Part shown: positions 1 through 11,016 of the stretch, piece after piece
How positions within the stretch are numbered: the stretch's first letter is position 1
How the letters are laid out: each line of letters begins with the position of its first letter
From: Phyllobates terribilis
Taxonomy: Eukaryota
Assembly (NCBI RefSeq): GCF_046119375.1
Contig: NW_027362761.1
Location: forward strand, 350,300,001 to 350,364,000
Direction of reading: 5' to 3'
DNA length: 64,000 nucleotides
Position numbers and translations under genes: made by a program
The notes under the pieces: generated by a model
What the model was told of the DNA's origin: nothing
The model's database searches: none
What the model saw: only the letters and a program-made list of their open reading frames with translations

Positions 1-619
1 CCGCTGCTGTGTCTCCAGCTCTCCCACTCTCTGCTGCTACTGACACGCTCTTATTTACTTGCTAGAAGTGACTGTATCCTTCCGCGCAGTGATTATTAAA
101 TAGTCCCTTGTTCCCAACCTGCCAAGCGCTGACTTTTTGGTGTCCTCTGCGTCTGGGTTCAATGGGATTTTTTTTTTTACCTGCTGGAGGTCGTCTCTAG
201 GGAAATAGTCTGCATGATGCAAAAAGTGGCATTCAGTAAGGGTATTTCACAGGGTCCGATGAGGCTAAAGTGGAAGTGGATTTTTAATTGTGCAAGTATC
301 AGTCTATTTCTTGTGTATTTAAATGACATCAATTACATGGAAAAAAATATCTATTATGAAAAAAAATCAAAAACATGGAAAAAAAAAAATCAAAAACATG
401 ATTGCAAATTCTATTAGCGTAACATAAAGCAATAACCAGTATCTGAGAACTGTCCCTCCAGCTGTTGTAAAACTACAAAGCACTGTGGACTGGCATGGCT
501 GCTGCATGTGGCATATTTGGCATGTTGGACAAGGAACAGTGGAAGATCAACAGCTTGCAGAGCCCTAGTCAAGACAGTACTTGTTCTTGCATGGCAGACA
601 CAGAAAGAACAGAGCTCCT

Positions 620-1645
620 GTGTACGAACGGCATGTGCAAGAACGGCGTGTGCAAAAACGACATGTGTAAACAGTGCGTGCAAAAACAGCATGTGTAAAC
701 AGCGCGTGCAAGAACAGCATGTGTAAACTGTGTGCAAAAACAGCATGTGGGAACAGCGTGTGCAAGAACAGCGTGTGCAAGAACAGCGTGTGTAAAACAG
801 TGTGTGCAAGAACAGAACGTGCAAGAACAGCATGTGTAAACAGTGTGTGCAAAAACAGCATGTGCAAGAACAGCATGTGCAAGAACAGCAAGTGCAAGAA
901 CAGCAAGTGCAAAAACAGCAAGTGCAAAAACAGCATGTGTAAACAGTGTGTGCAAGAACAGGACATGCAAGAACAGCGCGTGCAAGAACAGCATGTGTAA
1001 ACAGTGTGAGCAAAAACAGCATGTGCAAGAACGGCATGTGCAAGAACGGCATGTGCAAGAACGGCATGTGCAAGAACGGCATGTGCAAGAACGGCGTGTG
1101 CAAGAACAGCATGTGTAAACAGTGTGTGCAAGAACAAGACGTACAAGAACAAGACGTACAAGAACAGCGCGTGCAAACAGTGTGAGCAAAAACAGCGCGT
1201 GCAAGAACAGCGCGTGCAAGAACAGCGCGTGCAAGAACAGCATGTGCAAGAACAGCATGTGCAAGAACAGCATGTGCAAGAACAGCGCGTGCAAGAACCA
1301 CATGTGTAAGAACTACAAGTGCAAGAACAGCGCGTGCAAGAACAGCATGTGTAAACAGCGTGTGCAAAAACAGCGTGTGCAAGAACAGCGTGTGCAAGAA
1401 CCGCATGTGCAAGAACAGCATGTGTAAGAACTACATGTGCAAGAACAGGGTGTGCAAGAAGATCATGTGCAAGAACAGCTTGTGCAAGAACCGCATGTGC
1501 AAGAACTGCACGTGCAAGAACAGTATGTTCAAGAACATTGTGTGCAAGAACAGCATGCGCAAGAACAGCATGCGCAAGAACAGCATGCGCAAGAACAGCA
1601 TGCGCAAGGACAGCATGCGCAAGGACAGCATGCGCAAGGACAGAA
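620..1645. repeat. 15-bp minisatellite (unit ~GCAAGAACAGCATGT, with shorter GTAAACAGTGTGT variants)
   Basis: Tandem units read directly from the sequence; the repetitive ORFs at 414-1907 (KNSMC, LFLH, QEQHV) simply reflect the 15-nt period. Confidence 0.95.
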
Positions 1646-1764
1646 TGTGGGCCTTTGCAGTAAAATAGTTAATCATAATAAGCTTTATGTGCTGCTTTGG
1701 AGGTGTGAGTCGGCACCCTTACCTGTTGGGCCCCTGTGTGGTTTCACCAATGGTTTGTCCACCC

Positions 1765-1976
1765 AAGTTCTAGGCTTTAATCCAACCAAAAACAACATGT
1801 ACATGGAGTTTGTATGTTCTCTTCATGTTTATGTGGATTTCCTCTGCATACTCCAACTTGCCCCCATATTCCAGAATTATATGGATAGGTTAATTGACTT
1901 CCTATGAAAGTGGCCCTACTGTATGCCTGATATAGGGGATCTAGATTGTGGGCCCCACTGGGGACAGGTTCTTATC
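1765..1976 (+). mobile_element. Degenerate V-SINE/SINE2-like element
   Basis: Contains ATGGAGTTTGTATGTTCTC...GTGGATTTCCTC..ATACTCC and a GATCTAGATTGTGGGCCCCACTGGGGACAG tail, resembling the common fish/frog SINE core as I recall it; boundaries approximate. Confidence 0.55.
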
Positions 1977-1980
1977 CATG

Positions 1981-2991
1981 TGTTAACAGGTACGCGGATG
2001 CAACAGCGCAGACAATTAGGAGACAGTAGTACTTAAACCAACAACTCTCTATTCGATTAACACAATTAAGGGAGTGCTTACGGCATGATATCAGGGGACA
2101 ATGCAAACGGTGAAAAGGAAGCAAGTTATGTTACAAGGAGAATACAGCAATTCGGATACAATGGATTTTGACATAATGCTATTTACAAATTATCGTTCTA
2201 TTATTACAATTAAACAAGTGTTATCGTCAGTGATGTCTTAGTCTTAATACCCCAACCTAAAGGGCGTCACTGTCACTACTGGGCCCATCAACATCGTCAC
2301 TTTCTAGACAACTCAAAAACTTCACACAGGCCCTAACGGGGGTCGACGCAAGTCCCAGAATGGTGAGTTACTTGGCACACCGGCCCTGCTGGGCGCCTTC
2401 GTTCTCTGAAGCACGTCCCCGGTCCCCACTTTGTACCGTACGTCTGCAGTGGAAGCAAAGGCTCACATAAACGTCCCTCCACTGCTGCCTAGTCATCTCT
2501 CTATCGGCCCTGACCCTGCTCACTCGGATCAGCTCTCCCAGCTCTGGCTTCACTCAGTTCTTTTACTTGAGTCTAGTCTCTCGGTTCCTCAGCTCGGGTC
2601 TGATCTCTCGGGACTTCACTCGGGTCTGGTCTCTCAGTTCCTCAACTGGGGTCTGGTCTCCCGGGTCTGGTCTCTCGGTTCCTTTACTTGGGTCTGGTCT
2701 CTCGTAATGGCGGTTATAAGCCAACTCACACGACCGTCCTGTTACAGGTCCAGGTGCTGACTGATCCCCTTCTCGGCCTTCCAGGGCCTTTTATAATTAT
2801 TAACCTGACCAGGCATCTCATCAAATCTCTTCCCTCAGGGGACGTTTACTTCGCTCTTCAGTTCCTACATAAATAGTTCTCTCTGTCTTCTCCTTGCTTA
2901 TCATCTTTGGTCAGCAGATGACGTTGTTAGCTTGCAGACACTCAGTTCAGGCATTATTGTGTGTGTCTTCTCAATCATTCATCCCCTTACA
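1981..2991 (-). mobile_element. Solo LTR (Gypsy/ERV type), 1011 bp
   Basis: TG...CA termini (TGTTAAC at 1981, CTTACA ending at 2991) with exact 4-bp TSD CATG at 1977-1980 and 2992-2995; TATA-like TATAAAAG on the minus strand near 2790; internal short GAGACCAGACCC repeats. Strand is inferred from the TATA. Confidence 0.75.
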
Positions 2992-4123
2992 CATGCTTGA
3001 ACCTAAGATAGAAACAAAATAAACATATTATCTGTTATAAGCAAGTAAAAGCTATAGTGCATATAAATAACATAGGGTTATTTAGTAAACACTGTTTTTG
3101 TTCAAAAATGTGTAAAAGTCATCCCACCAGCGCCAAGGTGTACCCAGTCATAACGGTCCTAACCTCCAAACCTCTAGTATTAAAACCTTACCTTCTGTCA
3201 AAAAAGACCTCAATGTGAATAAGGGCAGAGCAGGACCGAGGCCCGGCTGTGGACACCCAGAAATGGGAAGCTATATGAACATAATGCCCAGCTCAAAGAA
3301 ATGGAGGCCAAGCCCTTGTGTGAACTTAGTGCAAAAACCTTATCCATGCTTGCCAACTCTCTGAGAACATCCAGAATAAGCGAAGAACTTCCAGACTGCC
3401 AGAAGAGTCAGCAAATCTAATGGACCCCGCTAAAACCTCCCCAAAGTCAGCAATGGATATGGAGAGGTGAGGATGCACATGGAAGGGCCATGGCCTATAA
3501 AAAGGGTCATTGATACAGCTTTGTGCCTCCCTGATGACCAGTAGAAAAGTTGTGGTCTTGAAGTGAAAGGTGACAACCTCTGCGTTATATGCTTTCATTA
3601 TATAAACAATGGGAGATATACAGTATATAGTATGAGTGAGTGTTGCACAAGACAGGACTGTGCCGTCCATCAGGAGATTGAATTCAGACTTTTCAGACTA
3701 ATCCATGTGCAGATCTGCTGTCCAACCCGCCGCAGAACACCAAATTTCAGATGCCTACAAGATCCACAACAGAATCTGTGTAACGGCCACAGAAATAAAA
3801 ATCAGTCATTTTATTATAATTTACTTATTATTATGTTAATTGAGACATATCAGTATCAATTGGTACAATACATTCACCATAATATTTACAATAGGAGTAG
3901 CATAACTCTGAAAAATAGATTGTATATTTATAGATCAGCCTGTGTTGGCTGTTAGGATTTCTAACCAGGGTTTATGGACATTGGAGAGAAGAATCTCCTA
4001 CACGGGGCCCATCTGTATGACCTAGACAGGAGATCTGCCCTGTAGGAACAGCTGCATCCCAGGAGCACTCAAGCTGCTCATGTATTACATGGATGGCTGT
4101 TCTTCCGAATAGTCACCATTTGA

Positions 4124-4503
4124 TGCCTCATTAAGACGTTCGATGTCACGTATGAGTGCAATCTGATTTTCACGGACTCACTTGTACCGGTGATAGTCTA
4201 TGGGGCCATTGACGTGTCCATGATTTTTCGCCGACCGAGAGATCAGCAGAAAATCGCGGAGACGTGTTTGATTTTGATCCGAAGGTCGGATTAAAATCTG
4301 CAATGCAAGTCAATGGGTCTGTGAAAAAATCAGATCCGATTTTCACGGACTATCAGACTGGAGAAGGTGAAGAAACATTTTTTTTGTTATTTCTCCACGT
4401 ACGAGATAAACGGATGACACTTGGACCGCACTCCAAAGTCTGATGAGAATAACTAGTCCGTTTTCCTTGAACGGGAAAAAAAAAACAGACATCTGAATGA
4501 GCC
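4124..4503. mobile_element. MITE with GGCTCATTCAGA-type termini (Harbinger-like)
   Basis: Left GCCTCATTAAGACG and right CATCTGAATGAGCCC are imperfect inverted repeats; interior is non-coding. Confidence 0.45.
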
Positions 4504-4715
4504 CTAATTCTAGATTTCCCCTGACCACAGCTCCCTTCCCCCACACTAGGAAAATCAGCTGTTTGTCTGGAATGCCAGAAGCCGGCTGACACCAGGGGTG
4601 CACACTCTCCTCTGCCCCCCATGCTATTCTGTGTAGTCCACCAAATATGGGGACACAGACATGCGGCTCTGTGTCCTGAGAGCAGAGAAGGATGCACAGC
4701 AGAGTGTCAGCTTTA

Positions 4716-4918
4716 GGCCATGGCCCCACTATCAGTATTTGGTCAGTATTTTTTCTCAGGAGTGGGAGCCAAAACCAGGAGTGGGCGATAAATGCAGAAT
4801 TGGTGACTTGTTTCTATTATACCTTTTCTCTGATTGTTCCTCACCTGGTTTTGGCTCCCACTCCTGAGAAAAAATAGTGACCGAATACTGACCAAACACT
4901 GATAATGGGGCCGTGGCC
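4716..4918. mobile_element. Palindromic MITE (~200 bp)
   Basis: Arms AGGCCATGGCCCCACTATCAGTATTTGGTCAGT...CTCAGGAGTGGGAGCCAAAACCAGG and their near-perfect reverse complement; a related copy lies at ~37655-37805. Confidence 0.75.
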
Positions 4919-5779
4919 TTGGACAGCAGCTCTGTCCTCTCATAGATGTCAGTGCAGATCTTGGAAGACACCTGTGAGTACACTCTGGCGTGCCACCTTT
5001 ATGAGGACAGCATGAGGCATCGGAGCAGTGACAGCTAAGTACTAATAGTGCTCTGCATGGCTGATACTAATAGGACACACTATGTCACTGTAATAAGGGG
5101 CACCGTGTGACAAGAATCATAATTTAACCTGTTCTTGTTGGCCTCATCACCTACAAGTTAAAACAAATTTTGGTGGAAAATACCATTCTATTATGTTCAG
5201 AGACTGTCTCAGTTATTATGCTCTGTTCTTTACCATCCTTTCTTTTTGAGTAGCTTGAGTGTTCCTTTCCATTAGCATTCTGCCTGCACTATAGGTGCTG
5301 TAACTTCCCTCACTTGCCAGCATGCATTGCTTCTGCCGCTGTCCCGTAGCTTGCTTGCCCTTAACTCAAAGTATGTTTCTCTGTTGTGCCTGTAGGCAGT
5401 TTGACAGACATTAGAACAGGAAGAGAGATATTAATATCCCGCACTTCTTGTAATGTCTCAGCATCTCCGCTACTACAGACGGATTACACTTGACAACAGG
5501 CAGTGGATAGTAAATTAGACAAGAGCAATCCAGTAGCCCAACCATCTTGACAGATTTTTTTGGTAGTAAGACGACATAAATTTTAAATAAAGCAATTTTT
5601 TTATATTACTTATTTAGCATAGTATCTATAATATGAGATCAAGCTGTTTGAAAGGACAGTGATCATTTAAATCAATTTTGCCAGGACAAAGTACCGCCAG
5701 TGTTATGGCAGTACCTGAGCAGCATTCATAACTAAGTTGTAGGCTAAATTCACGTTTGTTTTTCTCTCCATGGGGTTGT

Positions 5780-6150
5780 CCATTTTTATGCTACAAGTCT
5801 GCTGTCCAGTCACTCTATGTGACTGCAGACTTGTGAATCCTCACATAGCGGGCACTGCGTACTGTGGGTATTCACCAGCTTGGGAGGTCATTAAACTGCA
5901 AGTATGTGATTTGCATACTTCTGGCCACATCCCAACTACACTTGTCTGCCCTCGATCAATATACTTGCATTGAGTGAGTCTGCGCACGTCTCGTCAGCAT
6001 GTGATCGTATGTATGCAAATCACATACTTGCGATCACATGTCAACTGTTCCTGGTGCCAGCATCAGAGAATCCTCACAGCACATAGTGCATGTGATGTGA
6101 GGATTCACAAGTCTGCATCACATAAAGTGACTGCAGACTTGTAGAATAAG
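5780..6150. mobile_element. MITE-like element with internal inverted repeats
   Basis: GTGACTGCAGACTTGTGAATCCTCACA (~5818-5845) is inverted relative to TGTGAGGATTCACAAGTCTGCA (~6097-6118); ends not defined. Confidence 0.45.
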
Positions 6151-6529
6151 GCTACTCTATGTGACTGCAGACTGCTGAATCCTAACAGTGTGTGATGTTG
6201 AGTCCTCTGTATGCCCCGTTCTAGTGGGCGGTCACGTGACATCATGTATGAGATTTGCATACTCGCAGACACATGTCGACTAGACTCCTGTGCTTCTCTC
6301 AATTGTCTTCTATTGGGAGAAACTGGATGAGAATAGTCGGTACGTGACCACAAGTATGTAAATCACAAGACCACCCACTGATGTGGGAAATACAGAGGTA
6401 TCATGACAGTGTGCATATCACACAGTCATAATTCACATAGACCATACATGTCAAACTCTGGCAGCACGTGGGCCAAATTTGGCCCTCAGGGTGGTTTTAT
6501 TTAGCCCGCTACACCAGAACCACCACCCC

Positions 6530-7452
6530 TATGTGGGGCCATTATACTGTATGGAGGACTATGTGGGGCCATTATACTGTATGGAGGACTGTGTGAGGCC
6601 CATTATACTGTATGGAGGACTGTGTGGGGCCCATTATACTGTAGGACTATGTGAGGTCCATTATACTGTATGGAGGACTATGTGGGGCCCATTATACTGC
6701 ATGGAGGACTATGCGAGGCCCATTATACTGTATGGAGGACTATGCGAGGCCCATTATACTGTATGGAGGACTATGCAAGGCCCATTATACTGTATGGAGG
6801 ACTATGCGAGGCCCATTATACTGTATGGAGGACTATGCGGTGCCCATTATACTGTATGGAGGACTATGCGGTGCCCATTATACTGTATGAAGGACTATGT
6901 GAGGCCCATTATACTGTATGAAGGACTATGTGTGGCCCATTATATTGTATGGAGGACTATGTGAGGCCCATTATACTGTATGGAGGACAATGTGCGGACA
7001 TTATTCTGTATGGAGGACTATATGAGGCCCATTATTCTGTATGGAGGACTATGTGAGGCTCATTATTCTGTATGGAGGACTATGTGAGGCCCATTAATCT
7101 GTATGGAAGACTATGCGAGGCCTATTATTCTGTATGGAGGACTATGTGGGGCCCATTATTCTATATGGAGGACTATGTGAGGCCCATTGTTCTGTATTGA
7201 GGACTATGTGAGGCCCATTATTCTGTATGGAGGACTATGGGGGGCCATTATTCTATATGGAGCACTATGTGAGGGAAAATATTCTGTATGGAAGACTATG
7301 TGAGGCCCATTATTTTGTATGGAGGACTATGTGAGGCCCTTTATTCTGTATGGAGGACTATGTTGGGCCATTATACTGTATGGAGGACTATGTGGGGCCC
7401 ATTATTCTGTATTGAGGACTATATGAAGCCCATTATTCTGTATGGAGGACTA
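6530..7452. repeat. 30-bp minisatellite ATGGAGGACTATGTGGGGCCCATTATACTGT, left part
   Basis: About 30 tandem units read directly; interrupted at a TA by the Tc1. Confidence 0.95.
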
Positions 7453-9134
7453 CACTCCCTGACAGAAGTTATGTCGCTTATCCATGTTATGCAAATAAAA
7501 GCTTATAACCTGACGTTAAATTCATCCATTGGTTTTATAAATTACTCTTTTGAAAGCTGAAACCCTCCCAAATTTGGTTTAGGTTAAGAAAATAAATTGG
7601 CATCAATACTTAAATATTGATCATTTAATGAACACAGAATGGTCAGATTTTGGCAAGACAAAAGTTTTGTTGCCTGGTCATATAATGCACCCAATCCTAG
7701 TTTATATTCTCACCAGTGCTCAGTAAATGATCTGTTAATTAGTGGATGTGTATAAAAAGAAACCCAGCACCCCAGACCTTCACTTGAACTGCAACTTGAG
7801 CTCTGACAATATGCCAAAAATCCACCCTGCAACCAAAGCCTTGATTATCAAGAGGCTGAAGACCAGATCCACTGCAGAGGTGGCTGGCACCTTTAATGTG
7901 TCTCAGCGTCAAGTACAAAGAATTAAAAAAAGATTTGAAGAGACTGGAGATGTGTTTGACAAGCCCAGGTCCGGCAGACCCCGCAAGACAACTGCTCAGG
8001 AGGAACATTTGTTGGTTAGAAAATCCAAAGCAAGCCCCTCTTCCACTGCAGCAGAGCTCCAACTGGCCTGGTCACCTCAAGTCCCTGTGCCAACTAGAAC
8101 AGTTTGTAGGATTCTGTCTCGAAATGGCCTCCCAGGTTGAATCAGTGCCCAGAAGCCAGCAGTAAACAAAAGGCAAATAAAAAACCGTGTGGCATTTGCA
8201 AAGTCCCACACCATGCTAAACAGATGGATGCTGGAAAAGTGTCAGAAGGTGGATTTCTCTGATGACTCTTCAGTAGAATTACACCACAGCCGCCGCAAAT
8301 ACTGCAGGAGACCTACTGGAGCCCGTATGGATCCAAAATACACCCAGAAAACAGTTAAATTTGGTGGTGGAAAGATCATGGTCTGGGGTTACATTCAGTA
8401 TGGGGTGTGCGAAACATTTGCAAGGTGGAAGGCAATATCAATAGCCTAAAATATCAAGAAGTTTTAGCTACCTCTTACATTCCAAATCATAAAAGGGGTC
8501 AAATTTTGCAGCAGGATGGTGCTCCATCTCATACATCCATCTCTACAACAAAGTTCCTCTAGGCAAAAAAGATCAAGGTGCTCAAGGACTGGCCAGCCCA
8601 GTCACCAGACATGAACATCATTGAGCATGTTTGGGGTAGGATGAAAGAGGAAGCTTGGAAGACAAAACCAAAGAATCTAGATGAACTCTGGGAGGCATGT
8701 AAGACTGCATTCTTTGCTATTAATGATGACTTCATTAATAAATTGTATGAATCATTGTTGAACCGCATGGATGCAGTCCTTCAAGCTCATGGAAGTCACA
8801 CAAAATATTAAATATGACTCTAATAGCACCACAACTTCATTCACCAATGTTATTCAACATATATTTGTATTTTAAGATAATTATTTGTTTGAATATCACA
8901 TTACTTTCTGTGGGCGACAAAACTTTTGTCTTGCCAAAATCTGACCATTCTGTGTTCATTAAATGATCAATATTTCAGCATTGATGCCAATTTATTTTCT
9001 TAACCGAAACCAAATTTGGGAGGGTTTCAGCTTTCAAAAGAGTAATTTATAAAACCAATGGATGAATTTAACGTCAGGTTATAAGCTTTTATTTACATAA
9101 CATGGATAAGCGACATAACTTCTGTCAGGGAGTG
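7453..9134 (+). mobile_element. Tc1-family DNA transposon, 1682 bp, 222-bp IR/DR TIRs, DD35E transposase (inactive)
   Basis: TA TSD at 7451-52 and 9135-36. TIRs 7453-7674 and 8913-9134 differ at about 5 positions. Outer GACAGAAGTTATGTCGC and inner GACAAAAGTTTTGTCGC direct repeats. Confidence 0.97.
7811..8811 (+). pseudogene. Tc1 transposase pseudogene (~333 aa when repaired)
   Basis: MPKIHP...HTH...GRPRKTT, FSDDS, KIMVWG, QQDGAPSH, WPAQSPDMNIIEHVW motifs. TGA at 8138-8140, a 1-nt deletion near 8402 and TAG near 8560. Confidence 0.95.
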
Positions 9135-9710
9135 TATGTGAGGCCCATTATACTGTATGGAGGACTATGTGAGGCCCTTTATTCTGTATGGAGGACTATG
9201 TGAGGCCCTTTATTCTGTATGGAGGACTATGTGGGGCCATTATTCTGTATGGAGGACTATGGAGAGCCATTATACTGTATGTAGGACTATGTGAGGCCCT
9301 TTATTCTGTATGGAGGACTATGTGGGGCCCATTATTCTGTATGGAGGACTATGTGAGGCCCTTTATTCTGTATGGAGGACTATGTGGGGCCATTATTCTG
9401 TATGGAGGACTATGGAGAGCCATTATACTGTATGTAGGACTATGTGAGGCCCTTTATTCTGTATGGAGGACTATGTGAGGCCCTTTATTCTGTATGGAGG
9501 ACTATGTGGGGCCCATTATACTGTATGTAGGACTATGTGAGGCCCTTTATTCTGTATGGAGGACTATGTGAGGCCCTTTATTCTGTATGGAGGACTATGT
9601 GGGGCCCATTATTCTGTATGGAGGACTATGTGAGGCCCTTTATTCTGTATGGAGGACTATGGGGGGTCCATTATTCTGTATGGAGTACTATGGGGGGGGG
9701 GGCATTATAC
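9135..9710. repeat. 30-bp minisatellite, right part (GCCCTTTATTCTG variant units, ~150-bp higher-order duplication)
   Basis: The same unit resumes exactly after the Tc1 TA; the ORF track shows one 5-unit block twice. Confidence 0.93.
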
Positions 9711-10099
9711 TGAATACTGGTTGGCCTGCGACTTTGTTCAAGTTTTTAATTTTGGCCCTCTGTGTGTTTGAGTTTGACATCCCTGACATAGAGTGACTGT
9801 AGAGTTTTCTTCCAAAACCAGACAACCCCTTTAAGGATGGATCACTACTCATAGGCAAATGCTGTGCGCTTGCCCCCAGCAATACATTTGTCAGCCAACT
9901 CCAATGGACAATTAGCTTTATTTATATAACCCCAGAGCGAATCTGTGATAGTGTGAATTATTTTTTACCTCCAGCTAATTCATTATCTGACATATAACAA
10001 CACATGATATACTGTGAGAGCTAGCAGTAGACAGGTAGTGCGGCGCCTCCTGATAAGCTACCTGTGACAGCACTGAGTACACTCCTCGTACTACCGGCT

Positions 10100-10495
10100 A
10101 TTCACAGATAGGTAACGCTCCGCCCCGGGAGCTGACACAGGAGCAGAGCCATCACACGCGCCCACTAGCCCATTCAGGACATTACTGCGAGGCGGACCCG
10201 AGGCTGTGACGTTCCCTGAGCGGCGGAGGGATATGTAGCTCACACACCACCACCACCACTCAAGAGCTGATTGGTTTAAAAGACACTGGCTCCACATCAG
10301 CCGAGTGCTCGCAGCGTGCATGTGAGGCTGTTAGTGAAAAGAACCAATGGTGTAAGAGCTGAGTCTTCCTCTTGGCCAATCACAGTGTCTGCTTGGTAGG
10401 TGCGTCCTGTCAGAGAGAGCATCGTCTGTGTGTCATAACAGGAAGACTGTGACTATAGGCGTAACGTGTAATCCTGCCCGACTGGGCGGGGCTAA
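10100..10495 (-). promoter_or_regulatory. Promoter-like CpG-rich cluster (3 CCAAT boxes, 2 GC boxes); candidate promoter of the next gene (aacs by synteny)
   Basis: ATTGG at 10270-74; CCAAT at 10344-48 and 10376-80 (32 bp apart); TGGGCGGGGC at 10483-92; CTCCGCCCC at 10118-26; weak SRE-like CTCACACACCAC at 10239-50; possible minus-strand donor CACAG/gtagct at 10062/10061. Orientation and gene identity are inferred. Confidence 0.4.
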
Positions 10496-11016
10496 AGGTT
10501 AACCATGTACATCCCGAATAAAGGCTAAAATGCTTCAAGTTATGAAGTCTACAGGTTAATGCAGTGAAGAGTTAAATTTTACTTGTAATGAGAACATTAC
10601 TACTACTGGCATTCACTGGATCACTGACCCCTACATAATGGTATTACAGCTATGTTATAACAATGTAACGCTGAGCCTGGAGGCGGCTGCCATCACAGTA
10701 ACATAAGCCTCATGATGAACGTGTAAAAAGAGAACGCAATTACACCTCCATCAACCCCCGATATTCTGCCACAAAGTGCCTCAGCCACAGATGCATACTT
10801 TAGTATGTGCCCATCCTGGAATTACAGGTGCATCTCACTAAATTAGAATATCATCAAAAAGTTAATTTATTTCAGTTCTTCAATACAAAAAGTGAAACTC
10901 ATATATTATATAGAGTCATTACAAACAGAGCTATCTATTTCAAGTGTTTATTTCTGTTAATGTTGATGATTATGGCTTATAGCCAATGAAAACTCAAAAG
11001 TCACTATCTCAGTAAA

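Larger units (their letters stand above)
6443..9785. mobile_element. Non-autonomous hAT (Charlie-like) element filled with a 30-bp minisatellite and carrying a nested Tc1
   Basis: TIRs CATACATGTCAAACTC / GAGTTTGACATCCCTG; 8-bp TSD ACATAGAC (6435-6442) vs ACATAGAG (9786-9793). Confidence 0.8.

Noticed and set aside
620-1645. Array of p53 response elements
   Set aside because: The CATG cores lack RRR/YYY flanks (CAGCATGTGC), so they do not fit RRRCWWGYYY.
414-1907. Cys/Gln/His-rich ORFs as metallothionein-like or repeat proteins
   Set aside because: They are overlapping ORFs on both strands generated by the 15-bp repeat.
1-10000. Coding exons of aacs
   Set aside because: I scanned the minus strand by eye for the MW.PDSK.NT and DLYHWSV motifs and found none; tblastn would be decisive.
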